A DNA stretch of 64,000 nt from Mobula hypostoma (GCF_963921235.1 NC_086097.1:89716001-89780000), one strand, 5' to 3'. Counted from the stretch's first letter, positions 35,448-48,460 are shown. Notes: generated by a model from the sequence alone, not told the origin. Numbers and translations: made by a program.

Positions 35448-35853
35448 CTTCTCCGTGGATTGTCACCTTGTCGTGGTGGAGAAGCTTGTGTGGTCCTGTG
35501 ATCCTGAGAGCGATGCCGTCCGGAGCTATGCTCCAGGTAGGGTCACCCATGGCGGTAAGGTCGAGGGTGAGGCCCCTGACAAAGAACAATCCAACCAAGA
35601 TCTCAATGGTGGAACAGGCGGACGAAGTTACTTCGAACTCAATGGCTGTGAAGGCGGATGAAGGCTGCAACAAATCCATCAGCTCCAATCGTCGTGGTTT
35701 CCATGCCATTGGAATCAGTTGGTTGATTTGTGAAGTATCGTGTGTTTCTTGGAGTGCAACATCAAGTACACATTAAACAAATCCACGCACAGGCATCTTC
35801 ACTCTGTACGGAACGAAGACCATCATCTTCGACCTTGAGGGATAGCCACGATG
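35448..35853 (+). mobile_element. 406-bp non-autonomous RTE (Rex3/Expander-like 5' UTR) retroelement
   Basis: 10-bp TSD ACTTGTTGTC (35438-35447, 35854-35863); TCACCTTGTCGTGGTGGAG and GGTAGGGTCACCCATGGC resemble Rex3/Expander 5' ends. Confidence 0.78.
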
Positions 35854-36339
35854 ACTTGTTGTCGACTTCTGTCACCTGTTGCCCCTTGTAACCAACCCAA
35901 TGACGGCAGAAGTCAGTCACAATCCACTTGGAGTTTAGTTAAGATGTTTGGGAGGAAGTTGGAAAAATTGGTGAGGGTGAGGGGAGGGGATAATGTTCTC
36001 TGCTCAAAGGAAAACATCTTCAACTTCCCTTACCTGTTATTTTTTGGAACCCATGGCAGTTGTGAAGGATTTCTCTTCCTCATGCGGTATATTTTGGCTG
36101 TGCTGTCCTGTTTGGCTGCAACTTTCCCTGACTCACAGCAATAACTAACACACTCCAGATGCACAGCTTGTGAGAAACTGCTGTAAAAAAAAACAAATGG
36201 GGAACTGAGCTCTGGTGAGGAGCTAAAATAACAACAAAGACCTTTGACCTGAGGTGTTAAATCTGTTTCTCTTCCCATAGATGCTGCCTGACAAGCTGAA
36301 TGTTTACACCACCTTCTGCTGTCATCTCAGGTCAGTGTA

Positions 36340-37995
36340 CCGAGAAGGAAAGTGTATTCTCACGTACTTCGGTGGAAAGTATAAAGCTGTAGACCCTTTT
36401 CTAAATGGGGAACAAATTCAAAAATCTGAGGTGCAAAGTGACTGTGGCATCCCAGTGCAGGATTCCCTAAAGGTTAACTTGCAGGTTGAGCTGATAGTAA
36501 GGAAATCAAATGCAATGCTAGCATTCATTTCAAGAGGACTAGAATATAAAAGAAAGAGAGTAATATTGAGGCTTTATAAGACATTGCTCAGACCACACTG
36601 GAGTATTGTGAGCAGCTTTGGGCCCCATATCTAAGGAAGGGTGTGTTGGCATTGGAGAGGGTCTAGAGGAGGCTTACAAGAATGATCCTGGAAATGAAAA
36701 GGTTAACATATGAGAAACATTTGATGGCTGGGCCTGTAATCTCTGGAGTCTAGAAGAATGAGGAGAATCTCATTGAAATCTACAAAATATTAAAGGACCT
36801 AGATAGAGTAGACGTGGAGAGGATGTTTCCTATAGCAGGAGAGTCTAGGGCCAGAGGGCACAGCCTCAACATAGAAGGACATCCTTTAGGACAAAGATGA
36901 AGAAGAATTTCTTTAGCCAGTGGGTAGTGAACCTGTGGTATTCATTGCCACAGATGCCTGTGGAGGGCAAAGTATTGGACATATTTAAAGTGAAGCTGAT
37001 ACATTCTTAATTAGTAAGGTTGTCAAATGTTGTGGGGAGAAGGCAGGAGAATGGAGTTGAGAGGAAAAATAAATCAGTGTTACATACCTCATGGATATCT
37101 TGTGACTGTCTTATGAGGATGATGTAATGATCTTGCGGAAGTCACATGATGTACTTTTCCTGCCGATGTGAGGTCACGTGATGACCTGTTCTCACCGGGT
37201 ATATAAGTGTCGCAGTTAGTTTTCAGTTAGATCGTCAGTCAAATACTCCGCTACATTGCTTATTAATCTCATGACACAGTATAGTTTTAAAATGGAATTT
37301 TACTTTCTATTGCGAGGTACAGAAGTGCTGGGGGCTGACAGTTTCACCAATAGCTGCCAGATTTGTTGATGTACCTTTGCAGTAATACTGGAGAGTGAAC
37401 ACGGGAACCTGAAGAAGTCGTTCGGCGGTTTTGGATGGAATCGACCATTATTGAATTGTTCAAGAAAGAGTGATCTGCATGAGATAGCCTCTGCTAAAAG
37501 CAGCAGAAGAGGCTGTGCAGTATCTAGTATCCAAAAGGTAGAGGGGGTCAGTGCCTTTAAACTGTTTTATTTCCGTCGTTGTGAATCCTGCGGACAAGGC
37601 AGCTTCTGGCTGGGATCGGCTGTGACGTCGAGTCTTTGAGGAATTCTTTACTTCAGGAAAGTCTCTCCTAATTGACTGTATAAATCTCTTGGACTTTCGA
37701 ATTTACCATTCTAAGAACTGTGTTTGAATTTACCAGTTTAAGAACTGTCTTTGCATTTATCGCTTTAAGAACTAGTACTGAGTGGCAGTTTGTTAAATGG
37801 CCACAGAGCAGTTTACTTCCGGTTAAGGTATTTTGTTTGTTTATCACTTTACTAATTTTGAGCAGAGTTTAATAAATGTTTATTTGTTTATAGATCCTGA
37901 CTCAATTCTATATTCATTGTTGCCAGTCACGTAACATCAGCCATAATCAAATGGAAGAGCAGGCTTGTTGGGTTGAATGGCCTAATTTTGGTCCT
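36340..37995 (+). mobile_element. CR1 LINE 3' part interrupted by a solo LTR
   Basis: KSNAMLAFISRGLEYK...LYKTLLRPH; the 3' UTR AAATCAG|CCAT resumes after the LTR. Confidence 0.9.
37078..37936 (+). mobile_element. Solo LTR (859 bp)
   Basis: TGTTAC...GTAACA inverted termini; 4-bp TSD TCAG (37074-37077, 37937-37940); TATATAA ~37200; AATAAA ~37871. Confidence 0.9.
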
Positions 37996-38954
37996 ATGTG
38001 TTAAGGTCTTATGGTTTTACTTCCTGCTGTATTTTTGATTTTCAGTTATCTCTAGATTAGGGTTTAAAGGTGGATCATGGTTTCATGTGACTGCAGAAGT
38101 TCAGAACAAGATAGCAAGTGCTTCTATTGATAGTTAAGTTGTTAAATAGTAAAGGTATACAACCATCTGTAGGGTACTCAGCACTGACAACCAGATGCAA
38201 AAGGGTGGTGTAACTAAGAATATGCTGCATCCTTGTTATGTGATGTAATAATGAAGTCCCGATTACCCAGCTTAAGTGGACATAAAAGATCCGCAACGCT
38301 ACAACTTGAAAGTTGGTAGGTGTTCTCCCTGGCCTCATTGCTAATCTGCACCAGCATGGTTGGCCCACTGTGATGTTACTATGGATTATGTGTGCTTCCT
38401 GTACACTGTTATTAATAACACTTAATATCCTCTCATTTACTGTATCCCTCTCCCCATCTGGTTCATACTACCTCACCCCTCCCTGGATTGAATTCCATCT
38501 GTCCACCTAATTAGTCCATCACAATCTTCCTGTGGCCTTGTGTCATAGCCATTTACCATTCACTCGGTAGTCTGAGCGTTATCTCAGTGCTGCCTGCCAG
38601 TTTTTTTACTACATCTTTCCACAGTACCTCAGAAGATCTTTTCTGGCTGCAAAAATTATTGAGGCCTTGTAACGTCCTTCATTTATGTTGACACTTTAAT
38701 GGACTGATTACTAAATGTGTATTCGTGGAGAGAGGGGGAGGGAGTGACAGGGGTTGGTCTATTTTTCTGTACATGTGTGAAGGTATGTGCCTGTTTCTGA
38801 GTTTATGTGTGTGTCTGAGTGTGAGTGTGTGCCTGCTATGCTGTAGTCTCAGCAGGGTTTTATCTGGACAGCACAGATGCAATCACATTAGCTGTGGTGT
38901 AGTCCCTGGGAGGTGAGCACACAGCAACATCAAGTCCAGATGATTCTATAGTTA

Positions 38955-40330
38955 GGGGGTCAGACAGGCGATTCTGTGGATGCAGGAAAGAAACACGGAT
39001 GGTAGTTTGCCTCCCAGGTGCCAGGGTCCTGGGTGTTTCTGAACACGTCGGGAAAGATCCTGAGAGACAGGATTCATGAACATTTGGAGAAGCATAATAT
39101 GATTAGGAATAGTCAGCAGGTCATGCGTTATGAGCCTGATTGAATTTTTTGAGGATATGACTAAACACATTGATGAAGGTAGAGCAGTAGATGTAGTGCA
39201 TATGGATTTCAGCAAGGGTACCCCATGCAAGGTTTATTGAGAAAGTAAGGAGGCATGGGGATCCAAGGGCACATTGCTTCGTGAATCCAAAATTGGCTTG
39301 CCCACAGAAGGCAAAGAGTGGTTGTAGACAGGTCATATTCTGCATGGAGGCCGGTCACAAGTGGTGTGCCTCAGGGTTCTGTTCTGGGCCCCCTATTTTT
39401 CGTGATTTTTATAAATGATCTGGATGAGGAAGTGGAGGGATGGGTTAGTAAATTTGCTGATGACACAAATGTTAGGGGTGTTGTGGATAGTGTGGAGGGC
39501 TGTGAGAGGTTACAGCAGGACATCGATAGGATGCAAAACTGGGCTGAGAAATGGCAGATGGAGTTCAACCCAGATAAGTGTGAGGTGGTTCATTAATATA
39601 GCATTAATGGTAAGACTCTTGGCAGCATGGAGGATCAGAGGGATCTTGGGGTCCGAGTCCATAGGACACTCAAAGCTGCTGCGCAGCGTGACTCTGTGGT
39701 TACGAAAGCATACGGTGTGTTAGCCTTCATCAACTGCGGGATTGAGTTTAAGAGCAGAGCGGTAATGTTACAGCATCAAACCCCACTTGGAGTACTGTGC
39801 TCAGTTCTGGTCACCTCACTACAGGAAGGATGTGGAAACTACAGAAAAGGTGCAGAGGAGATTTACAAGGATGTTGCCTGGATTGGAAGCATGCCTTATG
39901 AGAATAGATTATGTGAACTCGGTCTTTTCTCCTTGGAGCGACGGAGGCTGAGAAGTGACCTGATAGAGGTGTGTAAGGTGATGAGAGACATTGATCATGT
40001 GGATAGTCAGAGGCTTTTTCCCAGGGCTGAAATGGCTAACATTAGAGGGCACAGTTTTAAGGTGCTGGGGAGTAGGTACAGAGGAGATGTCAGGGGTAAG
40101 TTTTTTACGCAGAGAATGGTGAGTGCGTGGAATGGGCTGCCAGCGATGGTGGTGGAGGCGGATCTGATAAAGTCTTTTAAGAGACTCCTGGATAGGTACA
40201 TAGAGCTTAGAAAAATAGAGGGCTATGGGTAACCCTAGGTAATTTCTAAACTAAGTACATGTTCGGTACAGCATTGTGGGCCAAAGGGCCTATATTGTGC
40301 TGTAGGTTTTCTATGTTTTCTATGTTTCTT
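38955..40330 (+). mobile_element. CR1 LINE: short ORF1 esterase fragment joined to the ORF2 RT/3' end
   Basis: GSDRRFCGCRKETRMVVCLPGARV, then SGVPQGSVLGPLFFVIFINDLDE..SKFADDT; tail TTCTATGTTT. Confidence 0.93.
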
Positions 40331-42303
40331 TTTTTTTCTCACTGATGATCCATTGGCAAACATTACTAGTGTCTACCTCCAGGACACTTGACAAACCATC
40401 TGCTTCAGCAGCATCCCTGTCACTCAGATGGGGAAAAGTCACTGGTGAATGGGACCACCATCACCTTGAGCCTGGCATCTCCATCCTCTTGACCTCGCAC
40501 TCTACCATGTTATGATTTTCACTTTATCGTTCACCAGCACTGGGCTTTCTGTGCAGCTGTTCAACATTATTCTGTCTTCTGTTACATTTCTTTAACCTTG
40601 TTCTGCCTCAATGCATTGTATATTGATTTGATCTGGGTGGATGAGTATGCAAGACAAGCTTTTCATTGTACCTCAGTACATGTGACAATAATGAATCAAT
40701 TACAATTTCTTACATCCTGGTTTGGAATTATCCCCACATCTTTACCAAATTCTGGAGATAACAAGTCAATGGCAACCTATGGCGGTAATTTCATTCCACC
40801 GATCGCAGGATAAGGAGGCAGCTCGCCATCATGTTCTCAAGGGGCCCCCATGAACAATCAATAAATATTGCCATCATCTCGCAAATCAAAAAAATAAGCT
40901 TCCCATATCATAGCTGTGGGTTAACCCAGCCAGACCAGCACCAATACATTGCCTAATCTTCCCTGGTATATCCTGAGGTAGAGAATGAGTGTCTGGGGAT
41001 AGCTGCGATCCTTCTGTGGTCAAATAGCCTGCTAACAGTCACCATGCTCTCTCCCATGTGCCAATTGGGTGAGATTTCAAAGGAACATGTGCCTGGGCAT
41101 GATCGAAATGAACCAGCCAAAGTTTGGCGGCACATTTGCAATTGATGTGGCCCTACAGGTTTAGACCTGATAATGCCTGTTCTGTAACACACGGAAAAGA
41201 AAAATACTGACACACTCCATTATAACAAAATGTGAACACCCACCCAGTTTTCCCCAAACAGGAGGAACCAGTTTTTCTGGACTGGATGTTGCAACTCAGA
41301 GACAACTGATGCAAAAGGACTGATCAGCAGAATTTGACTCATCGCCCAACACAGCAAAAAATAAAAACGAAATGAAAATGAAGCAATTTCTTCTGGCATT
41401 GAGAAGTTCTACATTACTAATGCCATGTCTTAAATGTTTACAATTCATATTGGTTTCAAAAGGCTTCATGAGCTTTGAGTGGGAGGGGACTGGAGAATTG
41501 AGAAATGTTGCTCTTATGTCACATTTTATTCACCCATCATCACCCTGTGCCCTTTGACCTCCCAAGTGCCACTGCCATGAATTTATGATTCTCAGCTTTA
41601 CATTAAAATCCCTTCATGACCACAGTCAGAATGAGAGTTTGTACTTATCTAGCATCTTCACAGCAAAATATCATGAGATGGTTCCAAAAGAGAAATGACA
41701 ATCAAAAATTGGTATACTGCCAAGGAAAGCCAGAACAGGCCATTAGTTCCAAACAAAAGATGTTGAAACGCCCATCATGTCTGTCTGCAGTCCATTCTCT
41801 ATCATTAGTGGATGTCCCTCCTTCAGCCTACTCTAGCTCCTGAATTGCCTCCCTAAACACATTTGCCTCTTTCAAGATTAAGTGGGACCTATCTTGTTGA
41901 CAAAGCTCTCAGTTGCCCGTCAAACGTCTGTTTCTTTGACTAAGTCAATGATCACTCATAATATTGCTCCTCTGAAATGTCTGGGGACTTTCTAACTCCT
42001 GTAAGACGTAATATATTTGTCAAACACTTTTGTGTGATTACAAAATTCTGAATATTGATCCAAACCTGTTGAACTGGCATTACCTTTCACTGTGATCTAC
42101 CAACTTACTATTTATCAGCTTTAGCAACCTGATTATAACTAATTTCTTCTTTACCTCCTGCTGAGTTAAGAATCCATATTTCTTCTATTCCCTTCTACAT
42201 GCCTTAAATATTCCGATTTATATTCCGAGCCAAAGTTTGAATTTCTGAGACAGCAGTCAGAATGGCAGTTTGTATTCATCTGGGACCTTGAGGGCAAAAT
42301 ATA

Positions 42304-42840
42304 CACTCAGTGATCATATTATCATATATCCTCCCTCCCCTGTACAGAATCAAGTGGCTACTGATTATAACTTCATGGTCTTCTAATACTGTAGCCCATT
42401 CACTTCAAGGTTTGACATGTGCATTCAGAAATGCTCTTCTGGACACCTGTAAATTACTGTCGCCTTCCTGTCAGGTTGAAGCAGTCTGGCCATTGGCCAT
42501 TCTCCTCTGACCTCTCTCGTTAACAAGGCATTTTTTCCCACAGATGTTGATTATTTCTTCTCACACCATTCTCTGTAACCCCTAGAGACTGCCATGTGTT
42601 AAGATCCCAGGAGATCATCAGTTTCTGAGACACCCAAACCACCCTGTCTGGCACCAACAGAATTCCACAATCAAAGTTCTTAGATCACATTTCTTCCCCA
42701 TTCTGATCTTTGGTCTGAACAACAACTGTACCTCTTGACCACACCTGTATGTCTTTATGCATTGGGTTACTGTCGCATGATTGGCTTATTTGATATTTGT
42801 ATTAACAAGCAGGTGTACCTAATAAAGTGGCCACTGGGTG
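42304..42840. mobile_element. Tc1-like non-autonomous DNA transposon (MITE)
   Basis: TA-CACTCAGTG...AATAAAGTGGCCACTGGGTG-TA ends; second copy at 60180-60738. Confidence 0.75.
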
Positions 42841-42849
42841 TATATACAT

Positions 42850-43510
42850 GTAAATTAAATTAAATTAAATTAATCAATTAAATTAATTAAGTAGTGCAAA
42901 AAGAGAGCAAAACTAGTGAAGTTTGTTCATGAGTTCATTGTCCATTCAGAAATCTGATATCAGAGGGGTAGAAGCTATTTCTAGAACTTTGAGTGTGTGT
43001 CTTCAGGCTCCTGTATCTCTTCCCTGACGACAGTGATAAGTGAGCACATACTGGGTGATGGGGGTCCTTAATGATGGATGCTGCCTTTATGATGTATGGC
43101 CTTTTGAAGATGCTTGGGAAGCTAGTGCCCACGATGGAGCAATCTGAGTTTGCACTCTCTGCAGTGGTCCCTCCATTCTGTATCAGAAGGTGATGCAACC
43201 AGTTGGGATGCTGTAGAAACTTGCTAGGGTCTTTGGTGACACATTAATTCTTCTCTAACTCGTAATAAGGTATAGCCACTGGGTCTGCCTTTTTCATAAT
43301 TGCATAAGTCTTCAGGGATATTGACACCCTGCTCACTCTTTCCACTGCTGATCCCTCAGTGAGGACGGGTGTGTGATCCCTCGACTTCCCCTTCCTGAAG
43401 CCCACAATCAATTCCTTGTCCTTACTGATGTTGCGTGCAAGGTTGCTGTTGCAACAGCACTCAACCACCTGACATATCTCACTCCTATACACATCCTTAT
43501 CACCATCTGG
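42850..43510 (-). mobile_element. Rex1/Babar LINE 3' fragment
   Basis: Minus KAASIIKDPHHP..SGKRYRSLKTHT..RNSFYP and NISKDKELIVGFRK. Confidence 0.85.
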
Positions 43511-43620
43511 CTCTTATCCAGGGACTGGCAATGTTATCCCTGTTTTTTCTCCCTCTGCAATTTTGCCTGACCTGAGTATCCCCAGCATTTCCTGTTTTTA
43601 TTTCAGAGTTATTTCAGATA

Positions 43621-44234
43621 CAAGGGGTGTTTGATAAGTTCGTGGCCTAAGGTGGAAGGAGTCAATTTTAGAAAACCTAGCACATTTATTTTTCCTACAC
43701 TTACACACTTAGTCCAGCGGTCTTGGAGCATACGGATCCCTTCTTTGTAGAAGTCGGCATCTTGGACCTCCAGAACTGGTCCACTGATTGATAAGTTCAT
43801 GGCCACAAGTAGAAGGAGATGAGGAGAAACTTCAAACTTTCTGCACTTTCACTCAAAGAGATGAACTGCACATGCATGTAATGAGAGCTGTATAACTCAT
43901 CTCCTTCTACCTTAGGCCACAAATTTATCAATCACCCCTGCTGTGGACCACCCGGAGGTCCAAGACGCTCTCGTTACATGCACGTGCAGTTCAGCTCCAT
44001 GAGTGATAATGCAGAAAGTTGGAAGTTAATAACTCATCTCTTTCTACCTTAGGCCACAAACTTATCAATCACCCCTGCTGTGGACCACTTCTACAAAGAA
44101 GGGATCCGTATGCGCCACGACCACTGGACTAAGTGTGTACATGTAGGAGGGGACTATGTTGAAAAATAAATGTGCTAGGTTTTCTAAAATTGACTCCTTC
44201 TACCTTAGGCCACAAACTTATCAATCACCCCTTG
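43621..44234. mobile_element. Mariner-derived palindromic MITE built from two inverted transposon 3' ends
   Basis: TA at both sides (43619-20, 44235-36); ~130-bp inverted arms CAAGGGGTG.TTGATAAGTT.GTGGCCTAAGG; arms encode the mariner C-terminus FYKEGIRML.DRWTKCV..GDYVEK*. Confidence 0.9.
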
Positions 44235-46489
44235 TATGAAATACTGGAATCCAGAGCAACAAAGTGCTGGGGATCCTATTGGGCTAGGCAGCATCTATGG
44301 AGTGAAATAGACATTCAACGTTTTGGGTTGGGACCAAAGACCTTGCAGATGGTGATGTAGTAGGTATGAAGACTGGCCATGAACCAGAGCAGAGATTGCA
44401 GGGATTGAATAAGAGCAAGAACAAATACTGGGTAAGAATTTTGGAATAGAGGCATTACTAGATCAAGAAGTAGTGCAAGTCACCATTGGAAACCTACCAA
44501 CAGATGCTTTATCTCTAAGCTCTAAATTGACTTCTTTGTCTCTCTGCCCCACTATCTTTCTTTAAAAGGCTCCTTTGAACCCACCAATCTTCTCCTAATG
44601 TCTACTTGCTGTCTTACTCTGCCTGATTATAAACTCGAAATGTTTCACTGCTTTGGTGGTGTACAAATGCCAAGGGCTGTTTCTGACCGATCTCAAAGTG
44701 GGTTGCAGTCGAGCCAAAGGAATTGGGGGTGGCCATCGCCACCCAGCTCCTGCAGTTTGTTCTGTCACACAAGTAGGTGGCCATTAGATAAGGGTGTCCT
44801 TCATACGCTGTCTCTGGAAAAAGGCTAGCTAACAGCAGAAAAGCAAAGAAGCCCCTGGAGAAGACGATATCACTGTTGTCCATGGGAGAAAGCTTCACAT
44901 GGTGCTTGTGAATGGTCAGGCTTTATTGGCCAATAATCATGTGTGGCTTTAATCTGTGGGCAACCGACTTCAGGAAAACCAAGGAGCTGACTCTGGACTA
45001 CAGGAGGAGGAAACCAGAGGTCCAGGAGCCAATCCTCACTGGGGATCAGAGGTAGAGAGTTTCAGTGACTTTATTTCCTTGGTGTTTCCATTTCAAAGGA
45101 TCTGTCCTGGCTCCATTGCAAAGAAGGGACAATAATGGACTTGGAGGTATTTAGGAAGTCAGGGGGAAATGTAGGGGAGAGGTGCTGAGGTGCAACAACG
45201 ATCATATTGAAAGATACTGCAGGGTACAAAAGGCCAAATGGCTTACTATTATTTCTATGTCTTCTGCTCAATAAGAAACAAATTGGCAAGCTCGAGAGAC
45301 CTGGAAATGGAATGCACTTTACAAGACACAACATAGACAAATTATGCCAAACACACTGTCATCTGGTAAATCTAGCTGGTTCCAGCAAGAAAGAGGCCAC
45401 TCACACCTTTGAATTTGTAGCAGCTCTCTGCAAGAATAATCCTGCAGGATCCACTGTAGTGTCTTCTGTCCATTGCCCTGGAAATACCTTCAATTACTCA
45501 ACCGGCTCCCTGTTGAATGCCAAAACTGAACCTGACTAATGTTGACTGAAATAAAACTTGGGATCGAAATGAGGGTTCTTCGTTAAAACTAAGCCCACTG
45601 CACTAAAGTGCTAAGTTTTTTTCCAAACTGAGCGAGCCAAGCTCATTTTCAGACATTTTACCTTTAGCTGACATTTTCAAAACAAACTGTATGCATTGAG
45701 TGATACCTAATGCTTTTGCAATCTAAAAGTGTTGACATATTAGAGCCAATATTATCTAACAGAGCAATTTTTCGGTATTTTTATATGCGGAATTCTTTTT
45801 GTTTTGACTGATTAAAATATCCAGTTGCACGTAGCAGACAACCTGAATACCGATCTTTTAAATGCCGCTATTGTATTAGCCTCTACCAACTTTCCAACAG
45901 GGCATTCCAGATATCTACCACTCTCTGTGTGAAAAAACCTACCTCTGACATCTCTCCTATACTTCCTGCCATGGATGTCGTCTGTTATTGGCACTGAATA
46001 TTGTCATTCAGTGACACCTGTGTTCAGTGAAAGAAATTTAACGTGACTCTCTTAGTTCACGGAAATTAAAACTATGATCACTTATGATCTGTAATCTCCA
46101 GAAGTCCCAAGCCAATATAATCTACACCCAAAGTCTATTTTGACCAATATTAAATAAGTAACAACTTTTGGGAAGTGCCACAAGTTTTTAACCATTTCTA
46201 CTATGATGTGGAATGTGGTCAATAACTTCAACAACAAGCACAAAGCAAAGCAAATCAGACATTACAACTTGCAAAGTCTTGGTGGAAGCTCTTGTTTCCC
46301 CTCAGCAAGCTGCAGTAGAATTATGTAACTGAACAGAGCACTTGCAACATTGGTCTAACCACCTAATCCTCACCCTTCTCTCCTGGTTGATTTAGTGTAC
46401 ACAGAACAAGCACAAGGACTATGACAAACCTTCAAATATTAATGTATCCGTCATCATTATCCTATGAACACCTGTGCAATGTTTTTATA

Positions 46490-47345
46490 GTGAGTCGCCC
46501 ATCTTGGTTTGGGTGTATTTGGCGTATTATGTGCACTTCTGGTCTCCTGATTATGGGAAGGATGTGGAGGTTTTAGAGAGTTTAGCTCGATCTGCTTGTA
46601 AAAATGGGTACCATGGTGGGGTAGCGCAGAGCACTCTGGAGTTCAGAGTTCAATTCCAGTGCTGTTGAGTAAGGAGTCTCTGTACACCCTCCCCATGAAA
46701 TGCTTGGGTTTTCCCCAGGACCTCTAGTTTACTCCCACTGTCCAAAGACCTACTGGGTAGGTTAATTGGTCATTGCGAATTGTCCCATGAATAACTTAGG
46801 GTTAAATCGGGGGTTGTCAGAGGAATTGGGGCAGCGTGATTTGAAGGGAGGACCTACTCTGTGCCGTGTCACTAAATTTAAAAAATAAAATTATAAAGAG
46901 CTTCACCAGGATGCTGCCTGGATTCGAGGTTGCTAGGAGATGTTGAACAAACTTGGATGTTAGAAGGCAAGGGGAGACCTGATCGAGGTTTATAAAATGA
47001 CAAGAGCATAGATAGGGTAGATAGTCAGAGCCTTTTTCCTTGGGGAGAAATATCAAATAATAGAGGGCTTAACATTAAAGTGAGAGGGAAAAAGTTTGAA
47101 TGACACCTGCCGGCAAAGTATTTTACACCGAGACAGTAGGTGCTTAGAATATGCTACCAGGCGTGGTAATGGGAGCAAATGCAGAAGCGGCCTTTTAGAG
47201 GCATTTAAACAGAAATATAAACGGATTGAGAATGAAGGTTTATGGATTTTTGTACAAGCAGGTGGGATCAGTTTAATTTGGGGTAATTTTCCACTCAGAT
47301 ATCATGGGCTGAAGTGACTGATCCTCTGCTATACTGTTCTACGTT
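46490..47345 (+). mobile_element. Decayed CR1 3' part with a nested V-SINE (~46615-46890)
   Basis: YYVHFWSPDYGKDVEVLE...FTRMLPG, GDLIEVYK; V core inside. Confidence 0.8.
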
Positions 47346-48149
47346 CTTGTACTAATTGACTCAGTTGTCATCTTTGCACTAGTTTCAAGAACAATGCTGT
47401 TCTTGAAAGAAGAAACCCGATGTGTTGGTATTCCTTCAGGATCATTGCGTCTCCTGTGAATAAAAGACCGAGCACACTCAAGTGCTGACAAGTGTCATTC
47501 AGGGGACGATAAGGTCCATTTTCCCACCTTATAGACAGGAAGATAAAGGGAGGAAGATTTTTAACAATTAGAAAAACCCTGTTAGGCAACATCTAATCTG
47601 GTGTGGCAAATCACAATCCACACCTTGGAAAGGGTATTTTACGCTGCAGGAGAATGGATATAAGGGTTGAATTATGAAGACAGATTCACATTTGGTGAAC
47701 CATTCTGATTCCAGGTTACAAAAGTGGCCCTGAGGCACTGGGGAGGTTGTAAAGAAGAATTTAGAAAGATGGGAGAAATATTAAATAAGCCGTGTCTGGT
47801 TCACAAGCAACACAACAAATATTCTGAGGGGTATATTTTGTTAAGTGGTTAGAAAGAATAAACTTGGAGCAGATGTTTCCATGGAGAAATGGAAGAGCAA
47901 AAAGGAATAAGGAAAAAGGGAGGACATGGGAAAAAGAGACAGGGGAAAGCAAAAAGAAGAGGATATAAAGTGTAGAACCTCTTCCTCACAAATGCAGTAG
48001 ACGCCAGCATAACTGATATAGTTAAATCTGAGATGGATAGACTTTTGTGGGCCAGGGGTATGAAAGGAGCTGGAGGTAAGTTGGGGTGGCAATAAGGTAT
48101 AAATGGCAGAAGAGGCTTAAGGAGCTGAATACACTACCCCTGCGGATAA

Positions 48150-48460
48150 GTCAATGATCACGCTATCAGGTTGTTGACTACCAGGCAAATATGAGGTGCT
48201 CACACGAGGAAATCTGCAGATGCTGGAATTTCAAGCAACACACATAAAAGTTGCTGGTAAATCAGCAGGCCAGGCAGCATCTCTAGGAAGAGGTACAGTC
48301 GACGTCTCGGCCCGAAACGTCGACTGTACCTCTTCCTAGAGATGGTGCCTTGCCTGCTGCGTTCACCAGCAACTTTTAAGTATGAGGTGCTATTCATCTA
48401 GTTTGCATTTGGCCTCATCCTGGCATTGGTTGATGCCAAGGACAGTCAGTTTGGTCTATG
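48150..48460 (-). mobile_element. Older Penelope endonuclease C-terminal relic
   Basis: Minus LTVLGINQCQDEAKCKLDE*HLI..GSQQPD, homologous to 32029-32163. Confidence 0.7.
48201..48380. mobile_element. Palindromic Penelope mini-element
   Basis: Inverted arms around ~48310; 11-bp TSD TATGAGGTGCT (48190-48200, 48381-48391). Confidence 0.88.

Noticed and set aside
43780..44090. Repeated ~55-bp units resembling a CRISPR-like array
   Set aside because: They are internal terminal-repeat copies of a mariner MITE in mixed orientation; eukaryotic context and no cas genes.
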